Of a stretch of 64,000 bases of DNA, positions 9,162 to 18,199 are shown one piece after another (position 1 is the stretch's first letter; each line of letters opens with the position of its first letter). Under the pieces are notes generated by a model, which ran no database searches, was not told where the DNA came from, and saw only the letters and a list, made by a program, of their open reading frames with translations. Source of the stretch: an uncultured virus (IMG/VR IMGVR_UViG_3300025922_000011). Lineage: Duplodnaviria; Heunggongvirae; Uroviricota; Caudoviricetes. The position numbers and the translations under genes are program-made. The stretch is from the IMG/VR virus record IMGVR_UViG_3300025922_000011. One strand, given 5' to 3'.

Positions 9162-9599
9162 CTATCGCGCCGAGCGATGTTTTTTCTTATAGAGGAGGTA
9201 GCCGCCCGTGACGGCCGCGGCCGCACCCACATAAAAGCGCCAATCTAGGCGGATTTGTGTGCCGCTTTCGACCAAGCGGCTCGGGCCCATGAGGTTGACC
9301 AGGCTTTGGACCATGCCGCTGCCTGAGGGCGCCTCGGTCGCTCCGAGGCCGCTCGTCGGAGCGGAGGCTCGGGCGGCATCGATCGCCTTCTGAGCGGCTG
9401 CCGCCGCGCCCGAGCTCACGAAATCCGGGGCTCCACCGGGCGGATAGGGTGCCGTCTGCAGGGTCGCGTAACGCTTTCGGTTGAGCTCGGCCCCGTACGC
9501 CAGGCCCGAGCTCTGGGCGCTCGATGCGGCCTTGGCGGCGGCTGCGGCCGCTGCGTCATCGCCCGGACCACTGAGGTATTGATAGCTCACAGCGTCCAC
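9162..9599 (-). CDS. Small membrane protein with GLG motif
   Basis: TSGLGA; C-terminal TM then KKKHR. Confidence 0.7.
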   Translation of the reverse strand: MDAVSYQYLSGPGDDAAAAAAAKAASSAQSSGLAYGAELNRKRYATLQTAPYPPGGAPDFVSSGAAAAAQKAIDAARASAPTSGLGATEAPSGSGMVQSLVNLMGPSRLVESGTQIRLDWRFYVGAAAAVTGGYLLYKKKHRSAR

Positions 9600-11086
9600 A
9601 CATACGCGAGCAGGCCCGCGCCTCCTGCCAGCGCTCCGTTATTGAGCGCGCTCGTTGCTGCTCGTGCCGCCGCTGCCTTCTTCTGGCTGTCGCTCATCAG
9701 CTTGTTCGTCTGCTCGCGGGCCGCGGTGATCTGCCCATCGTAGACGGCTTTCTGCATACCGACGACGGCCGCGGTCATCGCCAGATCGCCAGCGATGCGC
9801 ACCGTCAGCTGGCTCATGCCGACGAGTTTGGATTGCTCGAGCTCCATCGTCTGATTCATCGCCTCGATCCAAAAGTTCCGGTACTCGGCATCGGTGATCG
9901 CCGCGCGTGGAGCGGTGAATCCGCAATTGTAGTTACGCGCTGACGGCGGCTTCCAAGCCCAGCCGCGCGCTTGATACGCGGCGACGACGCGATTGGCGTT
10001 GCCGAAAATGTTTGCGGACGTCGGCGCGCTGACCGTAGTCGGCGGCGGATACGGGCAGCCAAATGGCTGCGGGCAGATGAAGCGGCACTTCTTGAAGTGC
10101 ACGGTGCCCTCCGAGTCACTAACAATCGTCTGACTCAAGCATGCATTTTCGAGCTTCTGCGCCCACGTGATCTGACGCACGGTGCGCGATTTGGCGTCGT
10201 ACACATTGACGGGCACGTAGGTCTTGGTGGTCGGATCCCAAACGCTCGTGAATGGCGTGCCGTCCCATTGCTGATCGAACCAGCGCAGGCCGAACTTCCA
10301 ACCGATCCGTAGCTCAATCGCTTCCCACTTTTGCTCGAGACTCAGGATGGTCTTGTCGTACGCATCCCAATACATGTGCCGCAGATCGGTGCACTGGTTA
10401 TTGGCATTGGCCGCCGTCTGCTGCAGTGCTTTCATCACCTGCTTAGTGTGCTCGACCCAAAGCTCTTCCTGCGTCTTGCCGATCGAAAAGACGTCATTGA
10501 CGGTATCGCCCACCATCGCGCCGAATTTGCCACCGAAGAAGGCACCGATCGGCGCGGGGATGCCGAATGCTTGGCACACCGCTGCTCCGCCAATAGCGCC
10601 CGCCGTTGCGCCGATCGCTTCCACATCCGCGCGGCCGAGCTTGCCGTCTTTGATCGCGTCGACGGTCACGGCGCAGATGCGCGGATCGACGCCGAGCGCG
10701 TACGCCATGCCAGCGCCCGCGATGTTGGTCAACGCCTTGTACGCTTCCTTCTTATTCTCCGGCAAATGCTCAGGCACGAAGCCTTCGAGACCGTACGCGC
10801 TCGCCAGCTCCTTGATCTCGCTATCGGCGAGCTTCATGCCTTCGGATTTGGCGTAGTTCGTCAGCGCCTCTTCGCCCCAATTGACGCAATCCTTGGTGCT
10901 CGTTAGATCGGGAATGCGCTTGGGTGCGTACTGCGCGTACTTATTGAAAGTGTCGGCCGCTTCTTTGCTCGTCGGCGTTTGGCTGAGCAGATGATCGACC
11001 GAGGCCTTCGCTTGCTTCTTCGCCTCGCCCTCGAGGTGATCGATCTGCGTACTGACTTGTGCTTTGACGGTGGCCTTGATGTCCAT
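9587..11086 (-). CDS. Large membrane-associated virion protein candidate
   Basis: 499 aa; glycine-zipper hydrophobic hairpin, Cys-containing domain, C-terminal TM. Confidence 0.7.
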   Translation of the reverse strand: MDIKATVKAQVSTQIDHLEGEAKKQAKASVDHLLSQTPTSKEAADTFNKYAQYAPKRIPDLTSTKDCVNWGEEALTNYAKSEGMKLADSEIKELASAYGLEGFVPEHLPENKKEAYKALTNIAGAGMAYALGVDPRICAVTVDAIKDGKLGRADVEAIGATAGAIGGAAVCQAFGIPAPIGAFFGGKFGAMVGDTVNDVFSIGKTQEELWVEHTKQVMKALQQTAANANNQCTDLRHMYWDAYDKTILSLEQKWEAIELRIGWKFGLRWFDQQWDGTPFTSVWDPTTKTYVPVNVYDAKSRTVRQITWAQKLENACLSQTIVSDSEGTVHFKKCRFICPQPFGCPYPPPTTVSAPTSANIFGNANRVVAAYQARGWAWKPPSARNYNCGFTAPRAAITDAEYRNFWIEAMNQTMELEQSKLVGMSQLTVRIAGDLAMTAAVVGMQKAVYDGQITAAREQTNKLMSDSQKKAAAARAATSALNNGALAGGAGLLAYVWTL

Positions 11087-11637
11087 TAGCCGACGATCCC
11101 GTCCTTCTCGATGTCGAGCTGTTTGCCGACGATGATGAGGTCGACGCCCGCACTACTGTAGACGATCAGGAACGCGTCGCCTGAGTCAGGGAAGCGCGAG
11201 GCGCCGAGCTTGGCGCGACTGATGTCCACTTGGTACAAGCCGTCATCGCCTTTGGGAATGCGGTAGCCGTCTGCTCCTCCTCGCTCATAGAGCTGCAGCT
11301 GCACGCCGAGGATATCAGCGAGCACGGCGAAGGAGTCGGGCAACGGACCGAGATCGATCATCGGGCCCACGACCGGCAATTGATGACTCGGTGTATCGTA
11401 GTGCACGAGAAACCCCGAGCGGGCCAGGACCCATTGCGGCCCTTCGGCGACGTGCTTGTAGTCTTCGAACGAGCCGCGCTTTTTCCACTTGTCGCTCGTG
11501 TACATCACCGCTTGGCAGGTACCGATCTCACGCAAGCGCCTCGGCCATTGCCATGGAACGGCGCGCTCGGTCTCCACCGGGCGATCGACGAACGTCTCGC
11601 GCAGGTTGCGCGCGAGATCTCGACTGTTCGCCCGCAT
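11086..11637 (-). CDS. Hypothetical protein
   Basis: 183 aa, TAATG-coupled to both neighbours. Confidence 0.75.
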   Translation of the reverse strand: MRANSRDLARNLRETFVDRPVETERAVPWQWPRRLREIGTCQAVMYTSDKWKKRGSFEDYKHVAEGPQWVLARSGFLVHYDTPSHQLPVVGPMIDLGPLPDSFAVLADILGVQLQLYERGGADGYRIPKGDDGLYQVDISRAKLGASRFPDSGDAFLIVYSSAGVDLIIVGKQLDIEKDGIVG

Positions 11638-12182
11638 TAAAGACTCTCTCCGCTACCCGTCTGATAGCGACGCACGGTCCCCTCACTCGAAAACTTCTTG
11701 CCGCGCGTCACAGCGTAATCGTGCCGTCCTTTGGTGGCACGGATGCGCGCCGTGGTCCGGGCCGTGTCGAGCTCGTAGGGACCGAACGGGCCCTCGCCGC
11801 GCAATGGCCGCCCATCTCGGCCCAATGGCCAAACGTAGTAGCTGCCGCTGTTGGCGCTCATCCGGTACTCACGCCGATCGGTCTCGGGTGCTGGCTCGGC
11901 TACGGCCACCCAATCGCCCGCGTGCGAGCGCTCCATCGTGTACTCCGCACCCTTGAAGAGCTCAGGGGCAACCGATTCGAGCGCTTGGCGCTGGAAATGA
12001 TCCGCTTTGCGCGCGCCCATCGCCCGAGCGGGCTCGTTCGTGTAGAAGGGCAGATCCGTGTAAATGCGGCTTCGGTCGCTCGTCGGGGCGAGGCGGACCA
12101 GGACATCCTCAGTGGGGGTGACAATGCGCACCTCCACGGCATCAGGACGACGGGCGATCCGCACCTCGTTTCGACGCATCAT
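11637..12182 (-). CDS. Hypothetical protein divergent from the CRISPR leader
   Basis: Likely start MMRRNEV at 12182; coupled to the downstream gene; no Cas motifs recognised. Confidence 0.65.
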   Translation of the reverse strand: MMRRNEVRIARRPDAVEVRIVTPTEDVLVRLAPTSDRSRIYTDLPFYTNEPARAMGARKADHFQRQALESVAPELFKGAEYTMERSHAGDWVAVAEPAPETDRREYRMSANSGSYYVWPLGRDGRPLRGEGPFGPYELDTARTTARIRATKGRHDYAVTRGKKFSSEGTVRRYQTGSGESL

Positions 12183-12319
12183 GGGGGGCAGTGTAAGCCG
12201 AGGAGCGTGGTGGGCCCAAAAAAGAGCCTGCGAGCGGTTCGGTGCTGCTTGAACTGCCGTCACCGCTCGCAATCGCCCAATGCTTGTTGTAAGCTCTGCT
12301 ATACACGGATGCCGCATCG

Positions 12320-12409
12320 CAGTTCACCCCGGCTCAGCGTTGGGGAGAAAGCGTACCGCTCGCAAAACGGTCGCTAACCCCGCGATTCGGCTGGTTTCTC
12401 TGACAATCT
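12320..12409 (+). promoter_or_regulatory. Putative CRISPR leader
   Basis: Non-coding, adjacent to the end of the array with identical repeats. Confidence 0.45.
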
Positions 12410-13133
12410 AGCTCAGTGGTTGCTCGGTCACCCGAAAAACGAGACGAGCGCAATGCGTGGATAACCGACCCTCGGCGCGTCGAGCTCAGTGGTTGCTCGG
12501 TCACCCGAAAAACGAGACGGCCGCAGGCACGGCCCGCGGTGCGGAGCGCGTCGAGAGCTCAGTGGTTGCTCGGTCACCCGAAAAACGAGACCACGGAGGC
12601 GGCGGCGGTGCTCACGCAGGGCGATGAGCTCAGTGGTTGCTCGGTCACCCGAAAAACGAGACGCCCGCTCCGCCGCCAGCTCGACCACTCCGCTCGACTC
12701 AGCTCAGTGGTTGCTCGGTCACCCGAAAAACGAGACGCTTGGGTGGACATGGATGGGGCGTTGTAGGGTGTCGAGAGTTCAGTGCTCGCTCGATTGCCGT
12801 AAGATCGAGACTTGAGCTCAGTTGCTTCGTCGGATTTTCATTTTGAAGTCAGCTCAGTGGTTGCTCGGTCACCCGCAAAACGAGACGCAAAACGGCGCTC
12901 GATATCCGCGACTTGAACACTCAGCTCAGTGGTTTGCTCGATCACCGTAAGATCGAGACCGATCGAGCCGCGCATACTTCAGTGGTTGCTCGATCATCCT
13001 CAAACGAGACCGTTTGGCACGCAGACGCCGTGCGCTCGAGACTTCAAGATCTCAGTGGTTGCTCGGTCACCTAAGATCCGAGACGATTGCGGTTGGATTC
13101 GTGTCATTGTTTGCTCGGCAGCGGAGCCGAGAC
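12410..13133 (+). CRISPR. CRISPR array without cas genes; 36-bp repeat AGCTCAGTGGTTGCTCGGTCACCCGAAAAACGAGAC
   Basis: Identical repeats at 12410, 12483, 12556, 12627 and 12701; variants at 12776, 12851, 12923, 12976, 13049 and about 13101; unique spacers mostly 35-39 nt; orientation inferred from distal degeneration. Confidence 0.93.
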
Positions 13134-13197
13134 ACCTAGACGCAGAGACTCGCGGGACGTGATAGCTCCGTCTGACGGAGACAAGCCGTGGCTGGAC

Positions 13198-14784
13198 TTA
13201 ACGCAGCATGCGTACTGGGTAGCCCTTACTTCGAACACCCTTAGCGGACGGAGAAGTGAATGCTGCGCTGGTGATCTCCGCAGCGCGGTGCACGATGGCC
13301 GCTCCTGTCGCATATGCCATCGTCGCCGATTGTAGAACCGGCCTTCCCACTACAACGCCACCCGCTTGGGTGACGCCTGAGATCGTGCTCATGCTCAACA
13401 TCACCGGTGCGCTGGCCGCAATGGCGGACGCACTGGCTTCTATCTGCGCGATCGATGAGCTTTGAGCTTGCTGCGCCGCGATCCCCGCGGCGTCGCTCGC
13501 AAGCAATGCGCTCGCCGTAAGTTCTGGGCTTCGAGTATCGACGCCTGCTGCTCGTCCACTGACATTGGCCGCCGCACCACTTTCCGGAGCCCGTGCGGCA
13601 ATCGTCGCGCTGTCGGCGGCGGCGCGCGTTGCTACGCTCTGCTCGGCATCGGATGCATCGACGCTCACGCCCGTAGCGCTGGCGCGCGGGCTGACCGCGG
13701 ATGCGCTACTCTGCGCGACGACGGCCGCTGCGCTCGCGTAGGCGCAACTCGGTACCGATTGCTTCGGCGAGCACGCAGTGAGCGCGGTCGTTACCGCATG
13801 CACGCGACTGGCAACACTGCTCTTGGCACTGCGCGCGTGAAGCGGTGTGCCGTCGGCTCTCGCGGTCGCTGTGGCCGTGCAGGATGCTTGTACGCTCAGT
13901 AGCGATGCGGTCGTTGTACGGGCTGAGGCTGCACTCGATTGCGCCGTTGCGGGCGCCATGACCGCGGCTCCCGTTGCATTGCTTTTGGCCGCGACAGAGT
14001 CGGCGGCCGTGGCACTCTTGATGCTGACGCTGGCCGCGTAAGCTTTAGTGGCGGAGCTCGTGCGACCGGCAACCGAATCCACCGCGGCTGGCGTAGCCGA
14101 TACCTGCGTGGCTACTTTAGAGGCGGTCGCTGGCGCAATGACACGAGCGGCGGATGCGAGCGCTGTCGTCGCGGACGCTTCGGCACTCGGGCGCGCTGCG
14201 ATCATCGCGCCACTGGCTTTGGTCAGCGTCGCGTCTACATCGGCGGCTGCACGCGCCTGAATGCTCGCGGGTGACGCCGACGCCTTCGTTGCGACTACGT
14301 CCGAGCTCGCGCGCGCATTGAGGGTCGCGGGGGACGCCGAGGCCTTCGATGCGCTCGGGTCCGAAGTCGCACGGGCCGCGATGGCGGCTGGCGTAGCCGA
14401 TACCTGCGTGGCTACTTTAGAGGCGGTCGCGGGCGCAATGACACGAGCTGCACTGCCGAGTGCTGTCGTCGCTGACGCTTCTGCACTCGGGCGCGCCGCG
14501 ATCATCGCGCCACTGGCTTTGGTCAGCGTCGCGTCTACATCGGCGGCAGCGCGCGCTTGGATGCTCGCGGGTGAGGCCGAGGCCTTCGTTGCGACTACGT
14601 CCGAGCTCGAGCGCGCAGCGATGGTCGCTGCCGCTGCGTTCGCTTTGGTCGCTACTCCTTGTGCCGCAGTTGTGACAGTGACCGCAGCGGGCGATGCACT
14701 CGCCGCGACCGCTACGCTCGCGATCGCAACCGGACCGTTGAGATTATTCGCGAAGAGTAGAAAGGAGCCGAGGCCGCCGGCCAC
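13198..14784 (-). CDS. Ala/Ser/Thr-rich repetitive fibre-like protein
   Basis: 528 aa low-complexity repeats with an internal 100-aa duplication. Confidence 0.7.
   Translation of the reverse strand: MAGGLGSFLLFANNLNGPVAIASVAVAASASPAAVTVTTAAQGVATKANAAAATIAARSSSDVVATKASASPASIQARAAADVDATLTKASGAMIAARPSAEASATTALGSAARVIAPATASKVATQVSATPAAIAARATSDPSASKASASPATLNARASSDVVATKASASPASIQARAAADVDATLTKASGAMIAARPSAEASATTALASAARVIAPATASKVATQVSATPAAVDSVAGRTSSATKAYAASVSIKSATAADSVAAKSNATGAAVMAPATAQSSAASARTTTASLLSVQASCTATATARADGTPLHARSAKSSVASRVHAVTTALTACSPKQSVPSCAYASAAAVVAQSSASAVSPRASATGVSVDASDAEQSVATRAAADSATIAARAPESGAAANVSGRAAGVDTRSPELTASALLASDAAGIAAQQAQSSSIAQIEASASAIAASAPVMLSMSTISGVTQAGGVVVGRPVLQSATMAYATGAAIVHRAAEITSAAFTSPSAKGVRSKGYPVRMLR
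14084..14610. repeat. Intragenic direct repeat, period 300 bp
   Basis: GCGGCTGGCGTAGCCGATACCTGCGTGGCTACTTTAGAGGCGGTCGC at 14084 and 14384, with similarity continuing more than 200 bp. Confidence 0.9.
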
Positions 14785-14785
14785 T

Positions 14786-15445
14786 TTATGCGGCGACTTC
14801 TTCCCACGTCATCGACGCCATGACGATGGGGCTCGTGCCCGCTGCAGCCGCAAAGATGCCGACCGCTCCACCGGGCGGAACAATGATGTCGCCCGCCGTC
14901 TCTTCGTTGACGGTCAAGTTGGCATTCGCCGCGCCCGCGCCCGTCGTCGGGCCACCGATGAAGCGAAGGAGTAAGCCTGCACCGCCACCGGTCCATGCCG
15001 ATCCGGTGAACGTTTTGGCCGTGCTACCACCGGTGATGAGCGTTCCGTTGTTGATCGCTCCGTTACCGCCACCTGCAGTGATGCCCGCATTGGCCGCGAG
15101 ATATCCCCAAACCCAACCACCGGCGCCCGCCGTGCCGCTCGCCATCTGTGTGGAGGCACGCAGGATCACACAGTTCTTGCCAGAACCGGACGGATTGAAG
15201 ATGCCGACGATCGGTGAGCCTGCGCTCGCCGAAAAGACGTTTGCCGCGGCAACCGTCACACCGCCAGCCGCAGTGCTGAGCGACCAAACGCTGCCTTGCC
15301 GCACAGCTTCCTGATAGCGGCCGTGACCATCGGCCGTGACGAGAGCACCGGTGTTATCCGAGCGGGCCGCCTGAATGGCTCCTTGGATGAGCCCGGCGGA
15401 ATATTTGTAGAGTTCAACTAGCATCTTACGAAACCTTTCCTGCAT
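14786..15445 (-). CDS. Gly/Ala-rich virion fibre-associated protein
   Basis: 219 aa beta-rich, ends MTWEEVAA; lies in the fibre module. Confidence 0.6.
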   Translation of the reverse strand: MQERFRKMLVELYKYSAGLIQGAIQAARSDNTGALVTADGHGRYQEAVRQGSVWSLSTAAGGVTVAAANVFSASAGSPIVGIFNPSGSGKNCVILRASTQMASGTAGAGGWVWGYLAANAGITAGGGNGAINNGTLITGGSTAKTFTGSAWTGGGAGLLLRFIGGPTTGAGAANANLTVNEETAGDIIVPPGGAVGIFAAAAGTSPIVMASMTWEEVAA

Positions 15446-15746
15446 CTAGCGAAGACTCGATGTCTTCAGCATCGTTGCGCGGAACTCGAACACCCGCGCT
15501 CGTGAGTAAGTAAGCCATATTTGTGTTGAGTAGCCGAAGCTCGATCAGTATCGCTTTGAGCATGCGAACCTGATCATCTTGATAGCTAGCTGCTGCAGAC
15601 AACGGATTGTCAGCCGTGACGGGACCGCCACTGACATTCGCCGCACCCGTATAGATCTTCGAAACGGCAAGTTTCTGCGTGCCTAGATCCTCGGTGACGA
15701 TATCGTCACCGCCCGTGCCTGGATTGAGAACTGTGCCGTCAGCCAT
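15426..15746 (-). CDS. Hypothetical phage protein
   Basis: MADGTVLNPGTGGD N-terminus; ILIELRLLN helix. Confidence 0.65.
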   Translation of the reverse strand: MADGTVLNPGTGGDDIVTEDLGTQKLAVSKIYTGAANVSGGPVTADNPLSAAASYQDDQVRMLKAILIELRLLNTNMAYLLTSAGVRVPRNDAEDIESSLDAGKVS

Positions 15747-15752
15747 GTGCGC

Positions 15753-16442
15753 TTAGCCCTCGCGAATCGTGGTCGTGGTTTCGAGCCGAGGGATGACGTT
15801 GATGGCCATCGTGATCGGTTGAATGAGTTGCGCAAAGCCCGCACCATCGGCCGTGATGTTGAGCGTTGCGCCGCCTTGCGAGGTGGACACCGTGATCGCA
15901 TTGCCGCTGACGGTTTTCACCCAGTAAACCGTGCCCTCGGTGATGCCCGCGGGCAGCGATAGGCCTTGGAGCGAAAGAAACTGCACTCGGTCGTCGACCG
16001 AGAAGGCCTGATTGGGGACCGTGATCAAATCGGAACTCGCCACAGCGGTCATCGGAACCGGGGCGGGACCAATGCCGCCGCGATAGAGGATCTCGCCGGC
16101 ACCCGAAAGGGAGGTTCCTAAGGCCCAATGGGTGAGTGGGTTGCCTGGGCTTGCGGTGCATTTGGCGTAATCGACATTCGCCGCTGGCGAGACGGCATTG
16201 CCTGAAACCGTGAAGCCGCCGCTCGAGCGCGCGGCGCCGATGCGCGCGTAGGGCGTGTACGCCGCTTCGTTCGTCGTCTGATCGCCCGCCGCCCCTGGAT
16301 CGGCCGTATGCAGACTGAAGTAGAGGCTACCGGCCGCCGTGCTGCCCCGAAGCCCAGTGGCATCTCCGATGTTGGCCGCATTGGTGTTGTTGAACACGAG
16401 CAGCATGTAGGCATTGTCGAAGGCGTCGCTCTTAGCGGTCAT
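15753..16442 (-). CDS. Phage tail-fibre-like protein
   Basis: LYFSLHTADPG...TTNEAAYTPYAR motif, common in phage tail-fibre genes. Confidence 0.7.
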   Translation of the reverse strand: MTAKSDAFDNAYMLLVFNNTNAANIGDATGLRGSTAAGSLYFSLHTADPGAAGDQTTNEAAYTPYARIGAARSSGGFTVSGNAVSPAANVDYAKCTASPGNPLTHWALGTSLSGAGEILYRGGIGPAPVPMTAVASSDLITVPNQAFSVDDRVQFLSLQGLSLPAGITEGTVYWVKTVSGNAITVSTSQGGATLNITADGAGFAQLIQPITMAINVIPRLETTTTIREG

Positions 16443-16469
16443 GGTGGTCCTTTACGTTTCTGTTCGTCA

Positions 16470-16892
16470 CTACCAGGCGCGTGCTGTCGAGGGTATTGCT
16501 TCCACATTCTCAGCCAAATACTCGGAGTAAGTGTCGGCTCGCGATTTGACGAGCAGCCTCTCTTCGGTGGGCGCATCGGTCGCATCGAGCGTGACCTTGT
16601 AGATGCCACCCACATAGCCGTACATCTCGGCCGAGCTGATGGGGACGAGGCTCAATTTGTAACGCACCAGTTGCAAAAAGAGACGGTCCACGGTCTCTGG
16701 GTCAGGCTCGGTCAGGATTTCTAACAGGCTCGCGCCCTGGGGGATATTCTCGGTAGCCACTCCGTTTTCCCAGAGAACGTTCATTTTTCCAGTATCAATG
16801 GTGGTGATGCGGCCGAGCACGGGTGACTGGCCCAAGCGTCCGGTCGGGCCGAGCGTGACGCTCAGCCGAACGAGATCGCCTACATTAGCCAC
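16470..16892 (-). CDS. Hypothetical protein
   Basis: 140 aa ORF co-oriented with the operon. Confidence 0.6.
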   Translation of the reverse strand: MANVGDLVRLSVTLGPTGRLGQSPVLGRITTIDTGKMNVLWENGVATENIPQGASLLEILTEPDPETVDRLFLQLVRYKLSLVPISSAEMYGYVGGIYKVTLDATDAPTEERLLVKSRADTYSEYLAENVEAIPSTARAW

Positions 16893-16928
16893 AGCGCGTT
16901 CATCCTAGGATCAAACCGGTGTGGAAGC

Positions 16929-17246
16929 CTAAAACTTAGCTTTCCTACCGATCATCCAGCCCGCGAGCGCGGCAAGCCCGAGCCAGACCACACTCGGCAG
17001 GCTGTCCGATAAGCCGCTCAGCGTGAGCCCGGCGCGATCGAGTGGCGCGATCACGCCTTTGGCGAACTTGCCCTTTCCGATGAGCTTCGCGCTCGACGGC
17101 ATCGGCCGGCCCGCTTCCGTACTGGGCACACCGAGCGCCGAGGCCACCGGGAGCTTGGGAGTCGGTAGATCATCGCCGAGCCCTCGCCGCTCGGGCGTCT
17201 CGAAGTAGTCGTAGCCACCATCACCGCGAAAGCGCGAGTAGATCAA
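16929..17246 (-). CDS. Small membrane protein with GLG motif
   Basis: RRGLGD; C-terminal TM plus RKAK. Confidence 0.7.
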   Translation of the reverse strand: MIYSRFRGDGGYDYFETPERRGLGDDLPTPKLPVASALGVPSTEAGRPMPSSAKLIGKGKFAKGVIAPLDRAGLTLSGLSDSLPSVVWLGLAALAGWMIGRKAKF

Positions 17247-18193
17247 GCGGCACCCTCGTGCGCCACACTGCGCGCCTTCATGAACGAGCGCACGATGTTC
17301 GGTAGGAAGAATACGCCGCCTGCGATCAGTACCCCTGCGAACAGATACGGCATCACGCTACTGATGGCGCTCGCAAAGGGGTTACCGATCTGCGGGGTGC
17401 CCAGGACCTTGATGCATTGATCGCGCGTGGATTGATCCTTGGGGTCCGCGCAGATCTCCCGCAGGATGCCCAGGGCTTGCTCGTTGTATTCGGTCGTCGT
17501 GCGGGACCAGGCCCAGATCGCACCCAGGGCAACGATGACGGCGGCCGCGGCGATGACGAGTGCAAGCGGCACAGCGCCCAAGCCTTGCATCGGATTTTTC
17601 ATGTCCAGCGGTAGCCCTTGCTCGGCACGCAAGTCCTTCATGTATTGACTGTCCCACTTGAGCCAATAGAGCGCCTGGGCATCATCGAGAAAGCTGATCG
17701 CATTCAAGATGCGTGTCACCCGATCGGCATGCTCGCGCCACGATTGCCGATCCAAAAACGCAATCGCGTAGTTGGTCTCGGCCGTGTGCATCTTGGCGCC
17801 TTGGAGCGCAATGCCATAAGCGAGCGAGATGAAGGTGCGGAGCTTGACCAAATCGAAGCTGAACACCGCACTCATTGCGCCCCAGTAGTTGCCTAGGGCC
17901 CAGTTTTTACCGACCTCTTCGATCGTCGGCAGGATCTCAGCGGCCACCGTGCGGATCGCTTCCTTGGTCACCGTGTGATTGGTGATCTCCGGATCGAAGT
18001 AGAGCGTCGACATCACCCGGCCCGCACGATCGAGCGCCGGGCCCATGTACAGGTAGAGGTAATCGGCGTGCACGTCGATTGAGGGATCGAGCGGGATCCC
18101 TTTGCCTTGCTGATCGAGCGCATCCCAATCGATGCCCTTGATCACCTGAGCGCCGTCGCGAGCGAACTGCGCTATGGCCTCTTCGAGGTCCAT
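17243..18193 (-). CDS. Membrane protein with GLG motif
   Basis: MQGLGA directly before a TM helix; second C-terminal TM. Confidence 0.75.
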   Translation of the reverse strand: MDLEEAIAQFARDGAQVIKGIDWDALDQQGKGIPLDPSIDVHADYLYLYMGPALDRAGRVMSTLYFDPEITNHTVTKEAIRTVAAEILPTIEEVGKNWALGNYWGAMSAVFSFDLVKLRTFISLAYGIALQGAKMHTAETNYAIAFLDRQSWREHADRVTRILNAISFLDDAQALYWLKWDSQYMKDLRAEQGLPLDMKNPMQGLGAVPLALVIAAAAVIVALGAIWAWSRTTTEYNEQALGILREICADPKDQSTRDQCIKVLGTPQIGNPFASAISSVMPYLFAGVLIAGGVFFLPNIVRSFMKARSVAHEGAA

Positions 18194-18199
18194 CAGCGA

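Noticed and set aside
7858..9192. Long plus-strand ORFs opposite the Arg-rich gene, and similar antisense ORFs elsewhere
   Set aside because: Shadow ORFs expected in GC-rich DNA; they conflict with the coupled operon strand
11086..12182. Genes beside the array as possible Cas effectors
   Set aside because: No RuvC, HEPN, RAMP or Cas1/2 motifs recognised; they are coupled to the structural operon. A structure search is still worthwhile
12592..12608. Spacer 3 start matches the minus strand near 19541-19557 (CACGGAGGCGGCGG)
   Set aside because: Only 14 nt of low-complexity GC sequence; the rest does not match, so not self-targeting
12416..13162. ORFs with repeated peptides (VVARSPEKRD etc.)
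   Set aside because: Translations of CRISPR repeats, not genes
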